Positions 8,822-17,636 of a stretch of 64,000 bases of DNA are shown piece by piece. The notes beneath the pieces were generated by a model. It searched no databases. It saw only the letters and a program-made list of their open reading frames with translations, and was not told the DNA's origin. Position 1 is the stretch's first letter, and every line of letters begins with the position of its first letter. The position numbers were made by a program, and so were the translations under genes. Source of the stretch: Paludibacteraceae bacterium (GTDB lineage Bacteria > Bacteroidota > Bacteroidia > Bacteroidales > Paludibacteraceae); the NCBI GenBank assembly GCA_031553005.1, contig JAVBMA010000008.1, positions 78 through 64,077 on the forward strand, in the 5' to 3' direction.

Positions 8822-9838
8822 ATGAAAAAGAATCTATTCCTTCCGCTATTATTTACATTGTTACTCTTTTCCTGCAAACAAAACAACACGAAAACAGAAC
8901 AGGTGAAAACCGACCCTCTTCCATCGTGGAATGAAACAGAAAACAAAAAAGCCATTATTGACTTTGTTACGCAAGTAACTTCCGAAGGGAGTTCCGGCTT
9001 CATTCCGGCTGAAGACCGCATTGCAACATTCGACAATGACGGTACGCTTTGGAGCGAACAACCTCTATATTTCGAAATGGTGTATTCGATTGATATCGCG
9101 AAAAAGATAATCGCAGATAAACCTGAATTAGCCAAGAATCCCAAATTACAAGCACTGATAAATAAAAAACAATTCGAAAAAAATCCAGAAGAGGGAATTA
9201 TGGAAGCGTTTATAATTTCGCATTCAGGCGTCTCAACCGGCGAATTTTCGCAAATGGCTACAAACTGGTTAGATACGGCAAAACATAGCCGCTTCAAAGT
9301 AAAATATACCGAGTTGACTTATTTACCAATGGTTGAACTCTTACAATATTTACGCGAAAATGAATTTAAAACCTACATCGTATCGGGAGGCACTTCAGCC
9401 TTTATCCGCCAATTCAGCGACAAACTTTACGGTATTCCTTCGGAACAAGTAATCGGCACAATGCTCAAAAGCAAGTTTGTGGTTAAAGACAATAAATATC
9501 AGATAACTTTCGAACCCGAACTTTGGCACAACGACGATAACGTAGGAAAACCAATCGGTATAGAACAATTCATCGGTAAAAAGCCGGTACTTGCTTTTGG
9601 TAATTCCGATGGAGACCTGCAAATGCTTCAGTGGACTACGACCAATACTTATCCGAATTTGTGCCTTCTTTTGCACCATACTGATGGCGAACGCGAATAT
9701 GCCTACGATAGTCTTTCCCATATTGGAACATTAAAAAATGCCCTGATTGAAGGAGAACAAAAAGAATGGATTATAGTAGATATGAAAAATGACTTTAAAA
9801 CCGTCTTTTCTTTCCCTTCGCCAAGTAATTTGAAATAA
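8822..9838 (+). CDS. HAD-superfamily hydrolase, lipoprotein
   Basis: 338 aa with a lipobox-like LLLFSC, DxDxT motif (FDNDGTLW) and a late GNSDGD motif. Confidence 0.7.
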   Translation: MKKNLFLPLLFTLLLFSCKQNNTKTEQVKTDPLPSWNETENKKAIIDFVTQVTSEGSSGFIPAEDRIATFDNDGTLWSEQPLYFEMVYSIDIAKKIIADKPELAKNPKLQALINKKQFEKNPEEGIMEAFIISHSGVSTGEFSQMATNWLDTAKHSRFKVKYTELTYLPMVELLQYLRENEFKTYIVSGGTSAFIRQFSDKLYGIPSEQVIGTMLKSKFVVKDNKYQITFEPELWHNDDNVGKPIGIEQFIGKKPVLAFGNSDGDLQMLQWTTTNTYPNLCLLLHHTDGEREYAYDSLSHIGTLKNALIEGEQKEWIIVDMKNDFKTVFSFPSPSNLK

Positions 9839-9867
9839 GATATTTCGTAAAAAATCAAAAATAATTT

Positions 9868-9970
9868 AGCACACAGATGACGCAGATTTTACAGATTTAC
9901 ACAGAAAAAATATGGCTTTTAACAATATAAAATCTGTGTAAATCTGTAAAATCTGCGTCATCTGTGTGCT
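9868..9970. repeat. Perfect 37-bp inverted repeat (possible terminator of the HAD gene)
   Basis: 9868-9904 AGCACACAGATGACGCAGATTTTACAGATTTACACAG is the exact reverse complement of 9934-9970. The spacer is 29 nt and the repeat is followed by TTTT. Confidence 0.85.
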
Positions 9971-10139
9971 TTTGACCTACCTTATTTTAGTCTAAAAAGA
10001 ATCTTTATATCAATTTTTTATCTTATTTATAATTAATATCTGTATTTTTTGTGTTTGCTGCCAATCGAAATTCTCACTCAATTCCGGCTATATTAAATTT
10101 AAAATCAAAAAAATAGACCTATCAAAATCCCTATACAAA

Positions 10140-10200
10140 ATACAAATGAGACAAAAAACGTAAATTCAGTGAGAATTTACGTTTTTTGTCTCATTTGTAT
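10140..10200 (-). terminator. Perfect 28-bp stem hairpin, likely terminator of the 10248..10997 gene
   Basis: 10140-10167 ATACAAATGAGACAAAAAACGTAAATTC pairs perfectly with 10173-10200, with a 5-nt loop. A T-run follows on the minus strand. Confidence 0.7.
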
Positions 10201-10247
10201 TCTCCAACCTCTGCCTGATTCCGATGGCACGGATTCAATAAAAGGCT

Positions 10248-10997
10248 TTATTTTGTTTCAACAACGATATACGAATCCTGTCCTCCCTGAGTAATAGGTT
10301 CATAATATGTACCGTTGTATTCGACATATTTTTTACCATCGACAGTTGTCTCTTTAGCTCCGTCGGGCAAATGTGATACAACTGCTCCTGCCGGCGCTGT
10401 AACAACTTTATACTTACCGTCCGCTTTTACATAATACGCACCACCATAATAATAGTAAGTATTACCCGAAACGGAAATTTTCGTATATCCGCTCGGTAAA
10501 GACGAAATAACAGCTCCTATCGGTGCCGGAACAACCTTATATCCGCCTCCGCTTTCCTCAACATAATAAACCCCTTCATCATAATGATATTGCATATCAT
10601 TGATTGAAACAATAACTGCGGCTGTTGTCAAAGTTGCAACTACAAATCCTATCGGATGCCATACTGGTCCCCAATAATAAGGAACAAACGGATGATAATA
10701 ATATGGAAAAGCCGGAACAGGGACCGGGATTGGGCGGGGCACAGGAACCGGAACGGGTCTCGGTGGAGGTGGAACAGGCCGGGGTGGAGGCGGAACAGGA
10801 CGAGGACCGGGAGGCATTGGACGAGGTCCCGGATAATAACCTCTACTCGTCGACGTCGCAATAGTTCTTCCTGTATATGGATTATGTACGACAGTGGAAT
10901 GACGAAACCGCTGGGAAAAACTTTCCTGCACCGGTAAAAACAGAGCAGATGCTATTAACAGTCCTGTATATACCTTATTTTTTGACATCATTTTCAT
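10248..10997 (-). CDS. Secreted proline-rich protein with tandem C-terminal Y/G-rich repeats (DUF6515-like)
   Basis: 249 aa with a signal peptide, a PGPRPMPPGPRPVPPPPRPVPPPPRPVPVPVPRP tract and a duplicated (G)YKVV.AP.GAV.S.LP module. Confidence 0.55.
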   Translation of the reverse strand: MKMMSKNKVYTGLLIASALFLPVQESFSQRFRHSTVVHNPYTGRTIATSTSRGYYPGPRPMPPGPRPVPPPPRPVPPPPRPVPVPVPRPIPVPVPAFPYYYHPFVPYYWGPVWHPIGFVVATLTTAAVIVSINDMQYHYDEGVYYVEESGGGYKVVPAPIGAVISSLPSGYTKISVSGNTYYYYGGAYYVKADGKYKVVTAPAGAVVSHLPDGAKETTVDGKKYVEYNGTYYEPITQGGQDSYIVVETK

Positions 10998-11095
10998 ACT
11001 TAAAAATTTAAGGATTGAGAATTAAAGATGAAGCGCTTATTTCACTTTGGTTAGGACAATGACTTAAAACGTTTCAAATATGATTCGTTAAAAGT

Positions 11096-11848
11096 TTATT
11101 TTTTTTGGTCGGTTGTGTTCTGAACAAGCCTTACTTTAGTTGCCTTAGGAGGAATTGAAAATTCAAACATCGAATCCGGGATATTCGGGTTAAGATTCCA
11201 ATCGGAATAAGTTGCCTCATACTGGGACTGTCCGTTTTCGTCATTATATACAAGTACCATTTTTATCGGCAGGAAATAATCTTCTGCTGCAATCCAAAAC
11301 TGAAAACCGGTACCGTTCACATCTCTCCCTGCTATATGGAAACAACTTTTGCCATAAATATCGGTCATTCCCAAGAAAATCAATTTCGCTCCCGTATCAA
11401 CAACATCCTGTACAAATGAGCTATAAAAAAAGTCGGCCCCCGGAAAGTCAATATCATACAAGCGGTTTATTGTATCCATTACCTGAACGACATCTTTTTT
11501 AGGAAGCGGAAATATTGAATATTGGTTTCTTCCGTAAGAATAGTAACTGAAATTATTTCCATCGTAAAGGAAAACTTTATGCCCGTCGTCCCCATCTAGA
11601 TTTACCTTTAACTTATCCGGAAATTTCAGACTTACTTTATTCTCATTCGAATGTTTAATATACCCCAGCTCATCCAACCAGACATCATAGCTTATATGTG
11701 CCGTAAAACTGCATGATTGAAGACTTCGCATCTTATTATTTGTCTGTTCCAATACATATAAAGCAATAGAATCTGTTTTTGAAACCTGCGATTTAAGGGT
11801 AACCGGCATTATAAAACAAGCCAGTAGGAGGATGGCCGAATACTTCAT
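11096..11848 (-). CDS. DUF2092 / LolA-like periplasmic protein
   Basis: Start set at MKYSAILLLACF (signal peptide). Family assignment is from recalled similarity only. Confidence 0.5.
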   Translation of the reverse strand: MKYSAILLLACFIMPVTLKSQVSKTDSIALYVLEQTNNKMRSLQSCSFTAHISYDVWLDELGYIKHSNENKVSLKFPDKLKVNLDGDDGHKVFLYDGNNFSYYSYGRNQYSIFPLPKKDVVQVMDTINRLYDIDFPGADFFYSSFVQDVVDTGAKLIFLGMTDIYGKSCFHIAGRDVNGTGFQFWIAAEDYFLPIKMVLVYNDENGQSQYEATYSDWNLNPNIPDSMFEFSIPPKATKVRLVQNTTDQKK

Positions 11849-12034
11849 AATTTTTTCAATGAATAAATAAATATTGTATAATATAAACCCTTGTGATAAA
11901 AAAAGGTTCATTCTATTCAATACTTTTTATTTCAAAATCGGTCAGGATTACAACGCAAACAATACGAGGATTTTTGACATACCTCGTTTTATTTTTTCAT
12001 AGATATTAAGTAATTACAAATTACCAGTCTATTA

Positions 12035-12166
12035 AGTTTTATAAAGAATTTATTGTCATATTTTTAGTAGACAAGTTAACCAGAATAAGAATGACTTGTT
12101 TGCTCGTTTACTTGTCTACTCGTTTACTAAATTCCAAATTCATCATTAAATCTTATCAATTACTTA
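12035..12166. repeat. R-type repeat, copy 1
   Basis: TTTTATAAAGAATTTATTGTCATATTTTTAGTAGACAAGTT...ACTTGTCTACTCGTTTACT...ATCTTATCAATTACTTA. Direct copy of 14505-14649 except for an inverted core. The right end overlaps the DUF389 stop. Confidence 0.8.
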
Positions 12167-13552
12167 TTCTTTTCTAGTAACAGATTCATAAACCTTTACC
12201 TTTGAAAGAGAAAGTCTTACTTTTATCCAATCCAATACCTTTTCTCTATCAGCTGTGTCCGGAAATTTTTTCCAAATCAGAAACACGGTAGGAATCGTAT
12301 CTAATGTATTATCAGCACTTCCATATATTACATTTGCAACAGAAAAAGTATCCAAATCGGAAAAATTAATGAGTCCCTCTTTCATCAATTGCTCTATCGG
12401 ATATACCTGTTTCCGGTATTTTGCCAGCTCCTGCTCATACTGATGCAATTGAATCTCCCCTTTCTCGAAGCGGTTTTCATTTTGCTCTATATATTTTTGA
12501 AAAACAGAAATATCGCCACTCTCCGTAGACATCTGTTTAACAATCAGCCGTGTACCCTCCAATCCGAAATTCCTCATCCGGTTTTCCAATTCATCCTTTT
12601 GACCTACCGACAATGTATCGCCCATTATCGTAAGAGAAACGGTATTTCCTTTACGTGAATAATGTTTATCCGTTTTTATTATATAAACATTATCTAGCAT
12701 TATATTCTCCTGTACATAGTTCAGATAGCGGGCTGCATTGGCATCGAACGAACTCTGCTTTACTACATTAAACGCCATAAACACACTAGGAACAATCATC
12801 AAAAAGGAAAAAACGTAGATAGTAACCTTTACATGCTTTTCTTTTTTTTCGTCCATATAAGCCCGTTTGCGGAACTTCAAAATCCGAACCATAACAAAAG
12901 TGGCCAATGCAATAAAAAAGGCATTAATAAAAAAAAGGTAAAGAGCTCCGAAAAAAAACATGGCTTGTCCCGTTCCGATACCATAGCCGGCAGTACAAAG
13001 AGGCGGCATCAGTGCTGTAGCTATGGCTACACCTGAAATAACCGTTACTTTTTCCTCTTTACGCGATAACGCAGTAATTCCGGCAAGACCTCCAAACAAT
13101 GCAATAAATACGTCATAAATAGTAGGATTTGTACGCGCCAGCAACTCGGACTGAGGTTCGCTCAACGGTGAAATAAAAAAGTAAAGGGAAGAAGCCAGCA
13201 AACTGACCAATACCATGATAAACAAATTGATGAGCGAACGCCTCAGCATTATATTATCATTTATTCCGACTGATAATCCTATTCCCATAATAGGACCCAT
13301 CAGAGGAGAAATAAGCATTGCTCCGATAATCACTGCCGGAGAATTAACATTCAGCCCAACCGAAGCTACTATAAATGCAAAAATAAGAATCCAGACATTA
13401 GTTCCCTTAAAGTCAATTCCTTTCTCAATCCGGTCTATTGTTGCTTCATAATCCGTATCACCAAGCAAATTGGACATAATACGAAACCGGTTATAGGCTT
13501 CATTAAAATATCTATGAACAAAACTCTTTTCTTTTTCTTCCTTATTTTCCAT
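12164..13552 (-). CDS. DUF389 family membrane protein
   Basis: 462 aa, multi-TM N-terminal half with GAMLISPLMGP-type motifs and a soluble C-terminal half. Confidence 0.7.
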   Translation of the reverse strand: MENKEEKEKSFVHRYFNEAYNRFRIMSNLLGDTDYEATIDRIEKGIDFKGTNVWILIFAFIVASVGLNVNSPAVIIGAMLISPLMGPIMGIGLSVGINDNIMLRRSLINLFIMVLVSLLASSLYFFISPLSEPQSELLARTNPTIYDVFIALFGGLAGITALSRKEEKVTVISGVAIATALMPPLCTAGYGIGTGQAMFFFGALYLFFINAFFIALATFVMVRILKFRKRAYMDEKKEKHVKVTIYVFSFLMIVPSVFMAFNVVKQSSFDANAARYLNYVQENIMLDNVYIIKTDKHYSRKGNTVSLTIMGDTLSVGQKDELENRMRNFGLEGTRLIVKQMSTESGDISVFQKYIEQNENRFEKGEIQLHQYEQELAKYRKQVYPIEQLMKEGLINFSDLDTFSVANVIYGSADNTLDTIPTVFLIWKKFPDTADREKVLDWIKVRLSLSKVKVYESVTRKE

Positions 13553-13701
13553 TCAAAATATATTTTAAAATAAATTCTCTCAACTATAAACACTTTCAAA
13601 TTCTAAACAGAATGCATTCAGCGCAATTTACGGATAACCGGAAAGCAATTCATTGTAATACAACTATTTTTTACCCGCCACGGATATTTCCATTATTTTT
13701 T

Positions 13702-14481
13702 TTATGAAAACAACCATGCTTGAAAATCTAATGACCCGAATACATAATCCCAGCAATCATGCCCAACTCCGGGATATTCGATAAGTTCTACGACGGATGA
13801 CCCGGCAGCCTTCAATTCATAATATGCATCGCGGGAAAAAGAGACAGGAACAACAGCATCTTCCATACCGTGATAAAACCTAATCGGCATTTTTTTCAAC
13901 TTCTTCAAACGGCTCGGCTCAATGGCGCCGCAAATAGAAATTGCCCCGGCAAACATTTTCGGATTACGCACAACCAAATCCAACGCACCCATTCCTCCCA
14001 TTGACAATCCCATTATATAGACCCGTTTCGGATCGACCGGCGCATTTTTTAAATAATATTTAATCAAATCCTGCACCAATTCGCTAGACTTTGTCTGTTT
14101 CGGATTTTCGGGTATAGAGAATTTCCCTGTCACGGAATCCTTTGTATAAGTTGCCCACGAATCATCGTCAGGACACTGTGGGAAAATCACAATCGCAGGA
14201 TATTTTTGTCTGGCTACCGAATCCAGAAACGATGCAGAACCATATTTCAACTGTAATTCATTATCCGAACCACTCTCACCTCTTCCATGTAAAAAAACAA
14301 CCAGAGGATATTTTTTCTTACCGCCTTTTTTATATCCCTCCGGATACAGAATACGGTATTTCAGTACTTCTTCGCCACGACTATATTCCCTGCCGTAAAA
14401 AGTATTGGTATTAAGCTGCTGTGCGCAAACTTGCAATATCACAAAAACGTTTAAAATAAAGAATAAACCTATTTTTTTCAT
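13702..14481 (-). CDS. Secreted alpha/beta-hydrolase (carboxylesterase / peptidase S9-like)
   Basis: 259 aa with a signal peptide, GLSMGG nucleophile elbow and a late HD pair (GVGHDCW). Confidence 0.7.
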   Translation of the reverse strand: MKKIGLFFILNVFVILQVCAQQLNTNTFYGREYSRGEEVLKYRILYPEGYKKGGKKKYPLVVFLHGRGESGSDNELQLKYGSASFLDSVARQKYPAIVIFPQCPDDDSWATYTKDSVTGKFSIPENPKQTKSSELVQDLIKYYLKNAPVDPKRVYIMGLSMGGMGALDLVVRNPKMFAGAISICGAIEPSRLKKLKKMPIRFYHGMEDAVVPVSFSRDAYYELKAAGSSVVELIEYPGVGHDCWDYVFGSLDFQAWLFS

Positions 14482-14504
14482 ACAGAATATATATTATTAT
14501 TAAA

Positions 14505-14649
14505 TTTTATAAAGAATTTATTGCCATGATTTTAGTAAACAAGTTGACAAGTAAACAAAGTAAACAGGTCATTCTTATTCTGGTTTACTTGTCTACTCGT
14601 TTACTTGTATACTTTTCTAAATACTATATTAAGTCTTATCAACTACTTA
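14505..14649. repeat. R-type repeat, copy 2
   Basis: The left 41 nt match copy 1 at 37/41. ACTTGTCTACTCGTTTACT is identical. The core 14546-14585 is the reverse complement of 12078-12116. Confidence 0.8.
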
Positions 14650-14779
14650 AAAACTTCCAAAAAGAATTTTAAAAAATTCAAATAACGATGCAATTTAAAA
14701 CAAACTCAATTTTGGCACAAAGTATTTATCTTTTTTTTGAAATATTTTTCATTTTGATTGTGCAATAAAAAAAAGGGAT

Positions 14780-14787
14780 TATCTTTG
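14780..14787 (+). promoter_or_regulatory. -7 promoter box (TATCTTTG) for tRNA-Pro
   Basis: Exact TAnnTTTG, 28 nt upstream of the tRNA. Confidence 0.5.
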
Positions 14788-14814
14788 CAGCCGCAATGTA
14801 GCAATACAGACTAT

Positions 14815-14889
14815 CGAGGTGTAGCGCAGTCCGGTTAGCGCATCTGGTTTGGGACCAGAGGGTCGGGGGTTCGAATCCCTCTACCTCGA
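14815..14889 (+). tRNA. tRNA-Pro (anticodon TGG)
   Basis: Acceptor CGAGGTG/TACCTCG, anticodon loop TTTGGGA, T-loop GGTTCGAATCC. Confidence 0.9.
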
Positions 14890-14897
14890 CAATAAAG

Positions 14898-14935
14898 CGA
14901 GTTTGAAAATTTATCAAACTCGTTTCTTATTTTTA
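14898..14935 (+). terminator. Terminator after tRNA-Pro
   Basis: CGAGTTTGA / TCAAACTCG stem, then TTTCTTATTTTT. Confidence 0.65.
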
Positions 14936-15034
14936 GGGATTACCGCTAATTTTGCACCTCTGTTATTGCGAATTGTAAAAAATTAAATAACTTTGTTCTC
15001 ATTCCTAATACTTCAATTTATTATATAATAAAAT

Positions 15035-15682
15035 ATGAAAAAGATATTTTTCACCCTTTCTATCATGCTATTGTCATTTACTTGGACAATGCAAGCCCAG
15101 CAAGAAGTTAAAGTTCGTTTTGGAGGCGAAGCCGGTTTCAATATGAGTAAATGGGGAGGAAATTATGTCGATGACCTCGAAACCACATTCAAACCGGGAT
15201 TTCACATCGGAGGTGTTGCCGAAATGATGTTTAATCAACGATGGTCAATACAACCGGAAGTCGTTTTCTTTTATGAAGGAACCAACTCGGACATTCTGGA
15301 TAAAGGAATAAGTGCCATGTATATCAAATTCCCGCTTTTGGTATATTATAATTTCTTAAACGTAGGTCCGGGACGCCTGTCTCCCGGTGTAGGACCTTAT
15401 TGTGCTGCCGGAATTGCAGGAAAAATAGATGGTGATTACAATACATTCGACGAAATCGGACGATTTGACTGGGGTGTATCTGTAAAACTAGCATACGAAT
15501 TACAACACCTGAAAAAAGGGAACGGTATTTTTGCCAGCCTTGGATTTTCTCAGGGATTTATCGATAAAACCCGCAGCACGGAATTGATGCTATCCGTAGG
15601 ATATAAATTCCCATATAGCAAATGGTTAAGTTCGACTTACCATAAAAAAGATATACAAGAAAACAAATACACAAATGAGTAG
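15035..15682 (+). CDS. Outer-membrane beta-barrel (porin family, OMP_b-brl_2-like) protein
   Basis: 215 aa with a signal peptide and alternating aromatic/glycine beta-strand pattern. Confidence 0.6.
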   Translation: MKKIFFTLSIMLLSFTWTMQAQQEVKVRFGGEAGFNMSKWGGNYVDDLETTFKPGFHIGGVAEMMFNQRWSIQPEVVFFYEGTNSDILDKGISAMYIKFPLLVYYNFLNVGPGRLSPGVGPYCAAGIAGKIDGDYNTFDEIGRFDWGVSVKLAYELQHLKKGNGIFASLGFSQGFIDKTRSTELMLSVGYKFPYSKWLSSTYHKKDIQENKYTNE

Positions 15683-15756
15683 GGAAATTTTCTCTACCCT
15701 TTTGTTTATCCCATTTACAAAGAATAACAACAACTATACGTTTTAAAGTTCTTTGT

Positions 15757-16596
15757 ATGAGATTTAAGAAAATATATATTGAAATTACAAATGTCTGTAA
15801 TTTTTCTTGTAGCTTTTGCCACAAGACATTACGTCACAAAAAGTTTATATTGCCGGAAGAATTTTCGGCAATACTTCTTAAAATAAAACCCTATACGAAT
15901 TATATCTACCTCCACGTACTTGGAGAACCATTGTTACATCCTCAACTGGAAACCCTTCTCTCTATCGCCCATAAAGAAGGTTTTTTCATCAATATTACCA
16001 CCAACGGCTCGTTAATTGCAAAAAAAAGGAGCACATTAATCAGTCAACCAGTCCGGCAATTCAACATATCATTGCACGACGCGGAAGAAAATATTCCACA
16101 AGAAACAAGGGAAAGATACCTTTATGACATCTTTGACTTTGCTAATGAAAAGTCGGAAGATGCTTATTTTTCCCTTCGCCTATGGAACCAAGGCTCAGAG
16201 ACATCCAGCCAATTCAATAATGAGTGCCTAAATGCTATTAACAACTATTTTGGCAAGAATATTGATATGGATACAATCAGGAAAGAAAAAAACATAAAGA
16301 TAAAAGACCGGATTTTCTTGCAAAATGCCGTCCGCTTTTCATGGCCCGGAGAAAAAATTTTGGGAATCCAACAACGTACATGCTACGCACTAAAAGACCA
16401 TGTAGCCATTTTAGTAGACGGAACGGTAGTTCCCTGCTGTCTGGATGCCGATGCTCAAATGGCTTTGGGAAATATCTTTAACGATGATTTCGACAAAATT
16501 ATTAACGGGGAAAAAGCCCTGAAAATTCTTTCCGGATTTCAGAAACATATGGTTTCCGAAAAAATATGTACAGACTGCGGATTTGTATTATTATAA
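15757..16596 (+). CDS. Radical SAM / SPASM domain protein
   Basis: 279 aa with CNFSCSFC (CX3CX2C) at residues 14-21 and a Cys-rich C-terminus (CYALKD..., VPCCLD, CTDCG). Confidence 0.8.
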   Translation: MRFKKIYIEITNVCNFSCSFCHKTLRHKKFILPEEFSAILLKIKPYTNYIYLHVLGEPLLHPQLETLLSIAHKEGFFINITTNGSLIAKKRSTLISQPVRQFNISLHDAEENIPQETRERYLYDIFDFANEKSEDAYFSLRLWNQGSETSSQFNNECLNAINNYFGKNIDMDTIRKEKNIKIKDRIFLQNAVRFSWPGEKILGIQQRTCYALKDHVAILVDGTVVPCCLDADAQMALGNIFNDDFDKIINGEKALKILSGFQKHMVSEKICTDCGFVLL

Positions 16597-16921
16597 TATT
16601 GTGTTTCCGGTTTTATTGTATTGCAACATAAAAATTCAAGTTATTATAAGTTAAAGCCGGAATTATCTAATTTTTTTAATCATATATTTGCCAAGCAAAA
16701 AAATTATCATTTGATAAAAAGCAAGAAACAAATAGTCGTTATTTTCTCTTATAAAGATAAAAAAGCGAAGATAATAAGATAAAATATTTTTATGTAATTG
16801 CTTTATCAATGAACAAAACAATGAATACTGTTGTTTTTTCAAGAAACATTGCAACAAAATTTTGGAGTAAAAATTATTCAAACCGAATATTTAAATATTA
16901 AAAAATTATAAATTTAAATGA

Positions 16922-17473
16922 ATGAATATGAAAAAGTTATTTATGTCACTGGCAACTGCCACAATTGTTTTCTTTAATGCAAATGCTGCCACAGACGGAA
17001 TCACAGCTTTTCAAAAAGGCGATTTTGATTTAGGAATCATGATTGGTGTTCCTGCCGAAAGTCATGCAAATATGCCTACAGTTTCGTTAGACGGAGCATG
17101 GGGGCTTACTTCCGGCTTTATCAATACAAAAGCATTCGGACAAAACGGAGGCATTGACTTAGGATTCTATTATGGCATAACTTCTTATGACAATGCGCTT
17201 CAAAACTGTATTTTAGCTCGTTCGGCATTTCATTTTCAATTTGTAAAAAACTTAGATACTTATGCAGGTATACTTGCAGGGGTTAACATTTGGTCGCCTA
17301 CCGGAGATGCAAAAGACGCCGGAGCCGATACCAATACAAATGCCGCTTTCGGATTATATACCGGAGCAAAATACTACTTCAGCAACAAGATTGGTGCAAA
17401 ACTCGAACTTGCCAGCGATTTCAATGAAGGTGATGTGCCTTGGGTATCAGCAGGTATTACTTTTAAATTCTAA
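16922..17473 (+). CDS. Small outer-membrane beta-barrel protein (hypothetical)
   Basis: 183 aa with a signal peptide, a Gly/aromatic strand pattern and a C-terminal ...GITFKF. Confidence 0.5.
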   Translation: MNMKKLFMSLATATIVFFNANAATDGITAFQKGDFDLGIMIGVPAESHANMPTVSLDGAWGLTSGFINTKAFGQNGGIDLGFYYGITSYDNALQNCILARSAFHFQFVKNLDTYAGILAGVNIWSPTGDAKDAGADTNTNAAFGLYTGAKYYFSNKIGAKLELASDFNEGDVPWVSAGITFKF

Positions 17474-17603
17474 AAAACTTCGATGCGGATTTAAAACCGC
17501 TTAAAATAAATCGAATTTCATAACTCCTTTAAGCCTTCCGTCAAAGAAACTTAAAGGAGTTATTTATTTTAACCGGAGAAAAACAATTTGATAAAATAAC
17601 CTC

Positions 17604-17611
17604 TACCTTTG
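17604..17611 (+). promoter_or_regulatory. -7 promoter box (TACCTTTG) for the MFS gene
   Basis: Exact motif, 26 nt upstream of the ATG. Confidence 0.45.
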
Positions 17612-17636
17612 CACCTTCAAAACAGATAGAGGAAGT

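Noticed and set aside
12066-12120. Inverted core of the R-type repeat as a recombinase-driven DNA switch.
   Set aside because: The invertible segment would be only 33-43 bp between 11-bp inverted repeats, too short for known invertase synapsis. Template switching within a quasi-palindrome is the more plausible origin. It is kept as a finding only for its structural oddity.
16663-16881. 72-aa minus-strand ORF next to the radical SAM/SPASM gene as a possible precursor peptide.
   Set aside because: It is on the opposite strand in very AT-rich DNA. Its composition is F/I/L/K/Y-rich with little Cys/Gly/Ser-rich core, and there is no leader-like motif.
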